Assembly: GCA_016933575.1 (NCBI GenBank)
Contig: JAFGAR010000025.1
Coordinates: 31,976 to 95,975, forward strand
DNA: 64,000 nucleotides
Origin: Candidatus Thorarchaeota archaeon
GTDB lineage: Archaea > Asgardarchaeota > Thorarchaeia > Thorarchaeales > Thorarchaeaceae
Direction: 5' to 3'
Shown here piece after piece: positions 17,401 through 26,106 of the stretch (position 1 is its first letter; every line of letters starts with the position of its first letter). The notes under the pieces are model-generated. The model searched no databases. It saw nothing but the letters and a program-made list of their open reading frames with translations, and had not been told where the DNA came from. Made by a program: the position numbers and the translations under genes.

Positions 17401-19695
17401 TCATCGACTCGCAAATTTCACATGTAGAATCTGTCCTGCTTGAAATTGGTAGTAAACCTCTATCACTTCAGGAGCGGTCTGATCAAACTCAATCCTCTTT
17501 TCATTAACAGATGCGGCTATTGGTTTCCAATCACTGCCACAGGTGATGAATATCTTCTCTGGGTAACGAGTACTTTTCGTTATCTTGACCTGTAACTCTC
17601 TTGTCGCGTCTGTCCAACTTACATTTGATAGTTCAACTGCACCTTGAGTGAAGTGAATACTTGTAGCGAGTATATTGGGCGTATTTGTCTCTGGGCGAAT
17701 GCACAAGAGTTGACAGGCATGCGCTTTCAATTTTGAAACGGTCACTGACTTCTCAGAGAGTCCATCGTAAGTCTGATCCCAGAAATTGAAGACATGGTGT
17801 GGTATCGCCTCGTGTAATCCTACATCTTCTAGATTGAATGTCACATCAATGGGCGTTTCAGAGAGGTTAATCACACCCACAACAGCCCATCTCCCAAGAG
17901 GTGTTTCGAGAGGCATTGCAAATACTCTAGGTTCGGAACTCTCGAGAAAATCTACAGAGAATGCACCTCTCTTACCAGGTGGTAATAGTCTGTCAATTAT
18001 TCTCAATCGGTCCTCAGACACCTCTGGCATTCGGTCACCAAGGAATAGAAGCCCACCACTCAGACCGACTAATGTCGCCCAGAGCCTAACCTCGTCCAAC
18101 GTGAGGTTATTATCATCTTGTCTCACCAAGACACAGTCAGGGTCATTCAGCCAGAATCTGTTATGAAGGAAAGCTCGAGTCATAGTATTTATTGAGCATT
18201 CATAGACCCCTCCGCCCCAATCATACTTCCAAGCAGTTCCAATATCATTTCCAATACGTAATCCATTTACTATGCCAATACACGGACCAAGTGGAGCTCC
18301 CGAGCCTACAATAAAGGCATCATCGACTGCTTCTCTTATGGCTAATAGACCACTACGGATTGCAGAGGCTCGGGTCATTGACATATCATGACGTTTTCCT
18401 GATATCGATGCATAATGAAGAAAATCGATCTTGAAGTAGTCAAAGCCTTCATTCCGTAGCTCTTTGAAGGTCTTTTTAATGAATTGCAGAACCTTCGGGT
18501 GAGTAAGATCAAGAGGATAGAACTTGCCCAACCAGAGAGGATTCTCTCCTGCAATGACCGGGTTGTCATCATCATCCCTGATAAACCAATCAGGCTTATC
18601 CTTGAACAATCTCGAGTGCTCTGATGCAATAAAGGGAGCTATCCAGATGCCACTCTTATATCCCAGTGATTTGATTCTTGTTGATAGAGGCTTGAGACCG
18701 CCACTGAACCTTGTGTTGACCTCCCAGTCCCCTATGCTCTTCTGATATCCATCATCGATTCGAATCCAATCGATCTCTTTTCCAAATCGGTCCTTCAAGA
18801 ATTGTGCGTTTGCCATAATCTCATTCTCATCAGGCATTGTATAATAGAAGTACCAGCTTGTCCAACCGGTCTTTGCCCGATTCCATTTTGAAGACTGCAT
18901 TCTCTGTGCAGTGATGTCTGCGTACAATTCCAGTCCATGATTTGGATTTCTGGAATAGAGACATAGTAGTTCCTCCGAAACAAGAGAGCCTCTCTCTTTT
19001 ACTATGATGTCATCAGTCAAAGATGAAGCAAGAATCTGAACTAATCGCTTGTGTGTATCATCATTACCTAATGCTGAAATGGTTGTGAATTGATTTATCG
19101 AGGATACAAAGCCGATTACCAAGGCATGCTCTGTTTCACTGTTACTAAGTGAAGTAAATGAGTGGCTTACATTCTCACCTGTATTGATTTGTTGACTCTG
19201 AGCTAAATCCCAGGAATGGAAACCGTTTCTGAAGAATCTAAGATTTCCACAATCCCATCCTGTCACAATGCGATTCTCAGTGTCAACATCAATGACCAGC
19301 GAATCAATTGATCTGATACTCACCTCTTTTCCGCGATTCTTGAACTGAACCACAATCGAATATCCTGGTTGTTTGATGACCATACTAAGTCTGATATTGA
19401 TTTCAAAGGCCTTGTCTGAATTTTCAAGGCGAATGACAACAATCTTGCCTTGCCCTCGGTCATCAGCGAAGTCAAGAGAACTAATGCCTTTGTATACCAA
19501 ATGACGTGTATCCCACACTTCATGGTTGGTTTGAACTTGAGCGTACCCTCTTGTGAAATACGTGACCTTGTTGTCACTTGAGGAGTAGGTAAATGTACCT
19601 AACCGAAAACTGTACGAAATTGCATCAATATCATTACTCAGCCGAACAGTCTCCTCACCGACTTCAATGGTGCAATGACTATTGTTCGTGCTCAA
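17401..19695 (-). CDS. Glycoside hydrolase family 36-like alpha-galactosidase (cytoplasmic)
   Basis: IRIDDGYQKSIGDW and DYFKIDFL motifs, a TIM-barrel-type core of about 764 aa, and no signal peptide. Confidence 0.75.
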   Translation of the reverse strand: MSTNNSHCTIEVGEETVRLSNDIDAISYSFRLGTFTYSSSDNKVTYFTRGYAQVQTNHEVWDTRHLVYKGISSLDFADDRGQGKIVVIRLENSDKAFEINIRLSMVIKQPGYSIVVQFKNRGKEVSIRSIDSLVIDVDTENRIVTGWDCGNLRFFRNGFHSWDLAQSQQINTGENVSHSFTSLSNSETEHALVIGFVSSINQFTTISALGNDDTHKRLVQILASSLTDDIIVKERGSLVSEELLCLYSRNPNHGLELYADITAQRMQSSKWNRAKTGWTSWYFYYTMPDENEIMANAQFLKDRFGKEIDWIRIDDGYQKSIGDWEVNTRFSGGLKPLSTRIKSLGYKSGIWIAPFIASEHSRLFKDKPDWFIRDDDDNPVIAGENPLWLGKFYPLDLTHPKVLQFIKKTFKELRNEGFDYFKIDFLHYASISGKRHDMSMTRASAIRSGLLAIREAVDDAFIVGSGAPLGPCIGIVNGLRIGNDIGTAWKYDWGGGVYECSINTMTRAFLHNRFWLNDPDCVLVRQDDNNLTLDEVRLWATLVGLSGGLLFLGDRMPEVSEDRLRIIDRLLPPGKRGAFSVDFLESSEPRVFAMPLETPLGRWAVVGVINLSETPIDVTFNLEDVGLHEAIPHHVFNFWDQTYDGLSEKSVTVSKLKAHACQLLCIRPETNTPNILATSIHFTQGAVELSNVSWTDATRELQVKITKSTRYPEKIFITCGSDWKPIAASVNEKRIEFDQTAPEVIEVYYQFQAGQILHVKFASR

Positions 19696-19775
19696 GTATG
19701 GAACCTCCTCAGTAGTATTATCGAATTCGACTAATACTCTTATTGCTATAATGGATTTGAGGCCACTAAAGATTT

Positions 19776-20342
19776 CTAATTTCCTCTAATTCTTGCTGCT
19801 CTGTCTAGAGCTTCTTCTGATGCCTCGTACTCGAACATGCTTCTCTCTGCTCTGGCTAAAATCTCCCAGGCTTCTGCATCATCCTTTTTCAAGGTGAGAT
19901 ATGCTTTGATGTATTTCTTCACGTTCTCCCAATCATTTAGCTTTTCATAGCAAACAGCCGCATAGAATGTTCCCCTTTTATGGTCCATTTTTGGTCCTGC
20001 CAGTTCTGTAAATATCAGAAGCGCATTCTCCCATTCCTCATTCTCGAAATGTTCCATTGCTTCATCATATCTAATCTCCATATCTCCGTAGTCTGCAATC
20101 CTTGAAGCAAATGTTCCCTGAAGGATAGCTGCAGCGCAGCATACAAGTATTGTAGCCAACAGGATACTCATTCCCAGAGCTACTCCGGGATTAATGGGTA
20201 AGATGCCTTGACCTCCCAGCCAAGCTATTATTATGCCACCTATTGCAATAAGCACTGCTAGGATACCAACATATCTATACGGTATGTTGGCTCTTCCCGC
20301 TTCATCTTCTGGTATCATTCCTGGCATCATACTAGTGAGCAA
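19776..20342 (-). CDS. Membrane-anchored TPR-like protein
   Basis: Two N-terminal TM helices are followed by TPR-like helical repeats (WENALLIF, FYAAVCYEKLNDWENVKKYIKAY, AEAWEILARA). Confidence 0.6.
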   Translation of the reverse strand: MLTSMMPGMIPEDEAGRANIPYRYVGILAVLIAIGGIIIAWLGGQGILPINPGVALGMSILLATILVCCAAAILQGTFASRIADYGDMEIRYDEAMEHFENEEWENALLIFTELAGPKMDHKRGTFYAAVCYEKLNDWENVKKYIKAYLTLKKDDAEAWEILARAERSMFEYEASEEALDRAARIRGN

Positions 20343-20373
20343 GCTCCTGTTCCTTTTAGGTCTGATGAATCAA

Positions 20374-21084
20374 TCAATCCTTACTCTTTGTCTTCTCCTT
20401 GACTCTTCTCTCATGTTCTTCCTGATCTTGTCTTGATATGAGTCTGTTTCGCGACACATTGATCCATTGATTGATTCTCTCAGTTAATGCTGGATTTAGT
20501 TCCATTGCAAGTTCAGCGTATGCAATAGCTTTCTCATCTTCTTCCTCAATAAAATGCGCATTTGCTTTATTATAGAATGCTTCGGCGTAATCTGGTTTCA
20601 ATACAACAGCTCTTGTGTATGCCTCAATCGCTTTTTGACCATCTGCTAATCTGGAGAAGCAATTACCGAGGTTATTCCATGCCTCTGCATCTTCGGGATT
20701 GATATCGAGAGCCTTCTCATAGCATTCCTTTGCTTTTTCAAAGTCACTCTGTTCATAGAGTGCGGTTGCTTTATTGAACCAGAGTTCGAATATACCATTA
20801 TCAATTGCGAGAGCTTCATCGTACGCTCTAATAGCTTCATCATATTCTCCGTTATCTACAAAGGCATATCCAAGGTTGTACCACCCCTCGATAGAATTGG
20901 GATTATCTTCCACAAGATTACGAAGTATATCTATTGCCTCATCAATGAGTCCCTCTTCTATCAAATCTATTGCTCTCTGAATGGTACTCTCATCTTTCAT
21001 TTTAACCATGATTCGAATATCAACTACTTCGAATAATCCTTTCCCAATGTACTCACTCTGGTTTCTTAGCAGTCTGCCTTGCAA
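20374..21084 (-). CDS. Tetratricopeptide (TPR) repeat protein
   Basis: At least five canonical TPR units are present (WYNLGYAFVDNGEYDEAIRAYDEAL, AEAWNNLGNCF, AEAFYNKANAHF). The real start is probably the Met at about 21009, which removes the overlap with the upstream gene. Confidence 0.85.
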   Translation of the reverse strand: MQGRLLRNQSEYIGKGLFEVVDIRIMVKMKDESTIQRAIDLIEEGLIDEAIDILRNLVEDNPNSIEGWYNLGYAFVDNGEYDEAIRAYDEALAIDNGIFELWFNKATALYEQSDFEKAKECYEKALDINPEDAEAWNNLGNCFSRLADGQKAIEAYTRAVVLKPDYAEAFYNKANAHFIEEEDEKAIAYAELAMELNPALTERINQWINVSRNRLISRQDQEEHERRVKEKTKSKD

Positions 21085-21478
21085 TGATTGTAAGAATAAT
21101 TCCAGCTGTGGAAGCCGAGCTAATTGCTAGATTGAGAAAATCAAATAGAGCGGCAACTCCTGCAGCCATGTATAGAGTTCCCAGGTTTATTATGAGACCA
21201 ATAAGTCCTACACCCACAGCAATACCGATGATGAATTTGCCAGTGCCAACGCGATTTGTCGTCAATAGAAACCCACCAGCAATCGCAGCAACTCCCCCAA
21301 GATCTGCAATGTTCTGTAAAATTAAGAGAAGAATCGTCATTATCTCTACAGTAGTAGGGAAATATAATGTGACATAGGCAATAATGGTTCCATAGAAACC
21401 GATACTACCTGCAATACCTGCAATTATGAGTAAAATTCCACCAAGAAGGCAGAGTAGGAATGATGTCCTATTTTGCAA
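21053..21478 (-). CDS. Small polytopic membrane protein
   Basis: 141 aa with four Gly/Ala/Ile-rich hydrophobic helices and no recognisable motif. Confidence 0.55.
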   Translation of the reverse strand: MQNRTSFLLCLLGGILLIIAGIAGSIGFYGTIIAYVTLYFPTTVEIMTILLLILQNIADLGGVAAIAGGFLLTTNRVGTGKFIIGIAVGVGLIGLIINLGTLYMAAGVAALFDFLNLAISSASTAGIILTIIARQTAKKPE

Positions 21479-21541
21479 TAAATCACCCTTTACTGTTGAT
21501 GCATTTGTACTATAACTCTATTTCGGAGTATAGCAACATGT

Positions 21542-22387
21542 TCACCAAATTGGTCTCTTGATGGCCTTTCTTGCTTCAAAATGAAATATGTGAGTATACC
21601 CTACTCTTTTCAGTAGAGCTGATGCTTGGTGGATACCTGCTCCGACATCAGCCGGAGAGTGAGCATCTGACCCTATCGTCACGACAGTGATTCCAAACTC
21701 TTTGAGCGCTCTTACAATATTCTCTTCTGGCATTGGCTGAGTCTGTTTCCGTCTCAGTGGCGAAGTATTGATTTCAAAACCAACATTATGTTTCTTCATT
21801 GCCTGAACGATTGTCTTCAGATGGGGTTTCCATATTTCATGGATTTCTTCTCCATAAAAAATCTGACCAAATCGCCTGTATAGATCAAGATGTGCCAATA
21901 TATCAAAGAGCTCTGTCTCTATTGCTTCTAGAAGCAGTGTGTAGTATTTCTCGCCGAGTTCGGGGGCAGTATATCTTGAAAAGGCATGCTCCGCCCTATC
22001 ACTAGCTGAAATTGCTATGTGATCTATAAGATGTGTTGAGCCTAGAATCAAATCAAAGTCTGTTGCATAGAATCGTTCTGGGAGTGCTCCATCCATCTCT
22101 GGAATATAATCGACTTCTACTCCCAGACGGACTCTCAATCCTTGATCTTTATAGGTGTCATCTGCAGTTCGTACTTCAGATTCATATTCTTCAAGCCACA
22201 GATTAGAACGTGTGCTGACTCTTCTCCCCTTCACATTGACAAAACAATCATCTGTAGAAGAATCAGTATCCAAGTGTGTAGTGAACGCAATCTCCTGCAA
22301 TCCTCCTTGTATAGCCATCTTACAAAATGACTCAATGCTTCCTTCAGCGTCAATTGAATAATTAGGATGAAGATGATAGTCCATCAT
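21542..22387 (-). CDS. PHP-family histidinol phosphatase-like hydrolase (HisJ type)
   Basis: MDYHLHPNYSID N-terminus and later His/Asp metal ligands (THLD, GSTHL, LAHLD, IGSDAH), typical of the PHP fold. Confidence 0.8.
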   Translation of the reverse strand: MMDYHLHPNYSIDAEGSIESFCKMAIQGGLQEIAFTTHLDTDSSTDDCFVNVKGRRVSTRSNLWLEEYESEVRTADDTYKDQGLRVRLGVEVDYIPEMDGALPERFYATDFDLILGSTHLIDHIAISASDRAEHAFSRYTAPELGEKYYTLLLEAIETELFDILAHLDLYRRFGQIFYGEEIHEIWKPHLKTIVQAMKKHNVGFEINTSPLRRKQTQPMPEENIVRALKEFGITVVTIGSDAHSPADVGAGIHQASALLKRVGYTHIFHFEARKAIKRPIW

Positions 22388-22440
22388 TGATGGCCCTCTT
22401 GGAGGCGTATATTTCAGTATACCTATAGTTGAAGAAGTGA

Positions 22441-23682
22441 CTATTCCATCTGAATACTATCTTCCACTATAGAGATCCCAGCATGCGATACTACTTGTGT
22501 TTCAGCCTCTTTTAGAAATAATGCTACTACTGTTGCTAGCACTGTTGTGACTACGAGAAATAGAATCGAAGATTGAAGCCCATAATAGTCTCCAATGATT
22601 CCAAATATTATGGGTGAGATTGCTCCTGGAATTGAACCAATCGAGAATATGAGACCGAACGCCAATCCCCTGGATTTGCGTGGACAGATCTCTGTTTGAT
22701 ACGCTGTGTTTGCTGGTACTCCAAGATAAAAGAAGAAGCCAATCACGATAAGGACGAAGAGGAGTGCCATCTCTGACAAGGAATAGTTGAGGAGTAATAG
22801 AGCTGGTGTTGCTAGTCCTGTTGATATGACTAGGAACGGTACTCTTCTATTCATTTTATCCGAAAGATATGATGAAACAATTTCACCTACAAGGCCTGCG
22901 GAGAGCATTATAGCTGTCAAATATCCTGCTGTCACAATACTTTCTCCATATGTGACGACAAGATAGAGCGGCATTAGTAATGATGTACATCTGAACGACA
23001 TTCCACGTAATCCCATCAACACTAATCCGAGCCAGAAATTACGAGTCCATCCATCTGGACCTTCACACCCGAGGTCTTCATCTGATTCTGCATTGAAATG
23101 TGCATATTTTCCGTTCGAGGCTCTCATCAATAGGAATGTGGGAACGAATAGAACGAATCCTATGATACCAAGAATCCTAAGCGACGCTTGCCATGTATTC
23201 AGCATGAGAAGTAATGTCACACCTAAGAATGGAGTGATTGCCATTCCTATGAGACCTCCCATCGCCTGAATGCCTGTTGCCTTAGATCGTTCTGAATGCG
23301 GGAATTTCTCAGTTAGAGCGGGAAACGAGCTGGGGTGATATCCAGAGGCACCTAAGCCAAGCAATATCTGAAAAATAACAATCCAGACGAATTCCTGAGC
23401 CATACTTGTCAAAATGATGGCAACGGACGCTCCCAAGATGCTTACTGAAATGAAGGCGTCTCTCCAGCCCCTGTCTCCCATATATCCCACCAGTAGGTGA
23501 GCAGTAGTCATTGAGAGAACTGCTGCACTCGTGATGATTCCCAAGTCTGTATAGCTTATTCCGAGATCTGTTTGAATCTCGGTGAGAAAGGGTGAGAGAG
23601 CTCCTGTAAAGACGTGATTCATAAAATGAGAAATGGTGCATGCTGCTAGAACCGCATATGATGCTCTCGTAGCTCGTGACAA
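22441..23682 (-). CDS. Major facilitator superfamily transporter
   Basis: 413 aa with 12 predicted TM helices and an MFS-like loop 2-3 motif (GYMGDRGWR). Confidence 0.8.
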   Translation of the reverse strand: MSRATRASYAVLAACTISHFMNHVFTGALSPFLTEIQTDLGISYTDLGIITSAAVLSMTTAHLLVGYMGDRGWRDAFISVSILGASVAIILTSMAQEFVWIVIFQILLGLGASGYHPSSFPALTEKFPHSERSKATGIQAMGGLIGMAITPFLGVTLLLMLNTWQASLRILGIIGFVLFVPTFLLMRASNGKYAHFNAESDEDLGCEGPDGWTRNFWLGLVLMGLRGMSFRCTSLLMPLYLVVTYGESIVTAGYLTAIMLSAGLVGEIVSSYLSDKMNRRVPFLVISTGLATPALLLLNYSLSEMALLFVLIVIGFFFYLGVPANTAYQTEICPRKSRGLAFGLIFSIGSIPGAISPIIFGIIGDYYGLQSSILFLVVTTVLATVVALFLKEAETQVVSHAGISIVEDSIQME

Positions 23683-23769
23683 TAGAATGAATCACATCCA
23701 GGTATTCAGCCATTGCCAGTCTGACGTTGAATTAAACATACTGATACTGACATCTGGAGTAATTATTCA

Positions 23770-23835
23770 ATCTTGAAAAATAGTGTCGGTGAGCTGGCGA
23801 ACAGAGGTAAACCTCTGGTCACCAGCATATCCGAC
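23770..23835 (-). terminator. Long interrupted hairpin followed (on the minus strand) by a T5 run, downstream of the S8 protease gene
   Basis: GTCGG-tga-GCTGG-cgaa-CAGAGG-taaa-CCTCTG-gtca-CCAGC-atat-CCGAC spans 23785-23835. The minus-strand transcript continues into TTTTT (the complement of the A5 run near 23776-23780). Confidence 0.45.
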
Positions 23836-23934
23836 TTCGACTCGGAAAGGTTGTTTGTATTGAAATCAAACTCCCTTTAATATTTAAAGGACAGGTTTCA
23901 AGGCAATCAAAGTGTTTGAAGATACACCTTGAAA

Positions 23935-25932
23935 CTAAACCAACAATCCTGAGCACCAGAGCACGATGCGTAAGACCAGCTGCCCATTATCAGCTTCGCC
24001 ATACTCGCCTAGTAATGCCCAGTTGTCAAGCATGTAGTTGCTTCCTGTAACAACCAATCGCCCAGTTCCTTCTTTATATCCCATTACAGGCATAATTCCA
24101 TAACGTGCAAGTCCATGTCCATCGCCAAGAATCTGGATTGTCGCTCCTAAGTAATGAAATGAATTCACTCCTGATGTGATTATATGAGAATCAATATCAT
24201 CAATCAAAGCAGGTGTATCTCCGCTTGGAACTTCGGAGGAAGTCATTGTGAAACCAGTCCAATCAAGAAATTCGTTCAAAGCAGTCAGATTAGCTACTGA
24301 TTCTGATAGGCCTACTACGAAGAGTCCTCCCCCAGCATTGTAATAATCCTCGTAAGCGTGAATCTCAGTTTCTGAAAAGGGAAGTGAATAGTCCGTCACA
24401 CTTGTAGGAATAGTCTCATTCCTTGAATAGACGCAGGGATCAAGAAGAACTACTGCATCGAATTGTTGAAGGAAGCTTAGTGTGGTCAATGAACTATTAC
24501 GTATCTCTGTCACTGAGATATCATTATCGACAAGTACTTTGTAGAATTCTCTGAACTGCCCATAGATCGTGTCCAAATCCCATGGTGTATGCGATATATC
24601 AAAGGCTACTCTACCTACTGATGTTCCAACATCAATCGAGATGGTGAGTTCTGTCACTCCAAAATCCGGCGATGTGAATGTGATGTTACCTTGGATGACT
24701 GTTGCACCAGAGTCTGGTATCTCTACTGTGATTGGGACTCTTGCTGTCTGATTGACCTCGATGGTGTTCTCAATGATGAAGACTGAAGGTGTATCACTGT
24801 CTATCTCAACATCAAAAGTCGTGTATCCAGAGGTCAGGAGTCTGATATCAAAGGAATATGTATCTCCCTCGAATAATCGCTCAAAATCGATGGGTAGAGT
24901 GCCTGGGAATGCATAGCTTATGATTGGTAACTCACCGTCTAATGATGTCTGTTCTATGATGTAGAGCGACTGTTGAAGGTTGAGTTTTCCTGCTCCAACC
25001 TCGTAGTCTGGATATGCTGCCATCGAATCAGCTCCCTTCAGGAGAGCTGTCATGATGGTTCCAGGTGTATATGTAATATTGTTAGTTAGGCAGTAACCAA
25101 TGAGTGCTGCTGCAGCTCCAGCTACTCTAGGTGCTGAAAAGCTTGTTCCGTAATATCGTGTACCACTACTATCAGTAATATATCCTGGTGCACAGATATC
25201 TGGTTTCATTGTTTTCTCACGGGTAGGTCCTGTGGATGAGTAATCAGCTAGTTCACCATTTTCCGAGAGCGCACCAACAGCAATACATACATCAAATACT
25301 GCCGGGGATTCAACTGTTGTACCAGGAATTCCACTATCTCCCGAGTTACCAGCAGAAGTTGTTATTACTACTCCTTGGGAAAAAGCCCAATTCAAAGCAT
25401 CCTCAATAGGATCTCCAAGGGTTGGAGTCCCTCCAAGACTCAGATTGATGACACTCGCGTTTTGTTCAACCACCCAATGAATTGCTTCGACGAGTGCCAT
25501 TGTTGTGGCTGAACCATCATCTCCCATGACCTTCGCATTAATAATCAGAGTATTTCCTATTGTAGCAATCTGTTTGGCTATCAATGTCCCATGAGGAACA
25601 TTATCTGGCCTCGAATCCGACACTGTTAGGTCTGTACTTGGATATCCATTTGCAACTGTAACAAAACTCTGTTCTGCCACCACTCTTCCCTGTAGTGAGA
25701 AATCTATGTCAACTCCTGAGTCGATGACAGCAACTCTGACTGGTTCATATGAAGAAGTGTTTGTCGGATTATAATTCCCGATGAAGACAAGCCCTGTAGA
25801 TACAACGACCATGATGATAATGATAAGCGCGATGATTCTCGTTCCATTAGATCGTGGTTTTCGTTGTGGTTGTGCAGTTTCCCAGTAAAAGCTCACTATT
25901 GACACCTGATTGAAATAGACCGCGCGCGGCAT
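23935..25932 (-). CDS. Membrane-anchored subtilisin-like serine protease (S8) with C-terminal ThuA/GATase1-like domain
   Basis: The catalytic triad contexts are VAVIDSGVD, HGTLIA and GTSFSAPRVAG, with an N-terminal signal anchor (IIALIIIIMVVVSTGLVFIG). The C-terminal 225 aa or so (about 23938-24615) carry GGGLFVVG, HIITSGV and TGRLVVTGSNY motifs resembling the ThuA/DUF4350 fold. Confidence 0.85.
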   Translation of the reverse strand: MPRAVYFNQVSIVSFYWETAQPQRKPRSNGTRIIALIIIIMVVVSTGLVFIGNYNPTNTSSYEPVRVAVIDSGVDIDFSLQGRVVAEQSFVTVANGYPSTDLTVSDSRPDNVPHGTLIAKQIATIGNTLIINAKVMGDDGSATTMALVEAIHWVVEQNASVINLSLGGTPTLGDPIEDALNWAFSQGVVITTSAGNSGDSGIPGTTVESPAVFDVCIAVGALSENGELADYSSTGPTREKTMKPDICAPGYITDSSGTRYYGTSFSAPRVAGAAAALIGYCLTNNITYTPGTIMTALLKGADSMAAYPDYEVGAGKLNLQQSLYIIEQTSLDGELPIISYAFPGTLPIDFERLFEGDTYSFDIRLLTSGYTTFDVEIDSDTPSVFIIENTIEVNQTARVPITVEIPDSGATVIQGNITFTSPDFGVTELTISIDVGTSVGRVAFDISHTPWDLDTIYGQFREFYKVLVDNDISVTEIRNSSLTTLSFLQQFDAVVLLDPCVYSRNETIPTSVTDYSLPFSETEIHAYEDYYNAGGGLFVVGLSESVANLTALNEFLDWTGFTMTSSEVPSGDTPALIDDIDSHIITSGVNSFHYLGATIQILGDGHGLARYGIMPVMGYKEGTGRLVVTGSNYMLDNWALLGEYGEADNGQLVLRIVLWCSGLLV

Positions 25933-26106
25933 TCAAAAGTTACGCTGAATCCTCAAGAACCTATCGACATGGGTATAATTGAACCAAGCTGAAAAGCTTC
26001 AAAAGGTTCTTTCTCTAGCCGTCTAGTGTCGTAGGAATAATGGGACCATTCCAGTTTCATTTATCTGCGATAATATCATCATCTACTCCTTCAAGAGGTA
26101 TAGACT

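Noticed and set aside
23309-23713. 134-aa minus-strand ORF overlapping the 5' end of the MFS transporter in another frame
   Set aside because: The MFS frame gives 12 coherent TM helices across the same DNA. The alternative frame has no features and would need the same promoter.
23785-23835. 51-nt interrupted hairpin considered as a small structured RNA or kink-turn/C-D box sRNA
   Set aside because: There are no C (RUGAUGA) or D (CUGA) boxes in the proper arrangement. On the minus strand it is followed by a T5 run directly downstream of the S8 protease stop, so a terminator is the simpler explanation.
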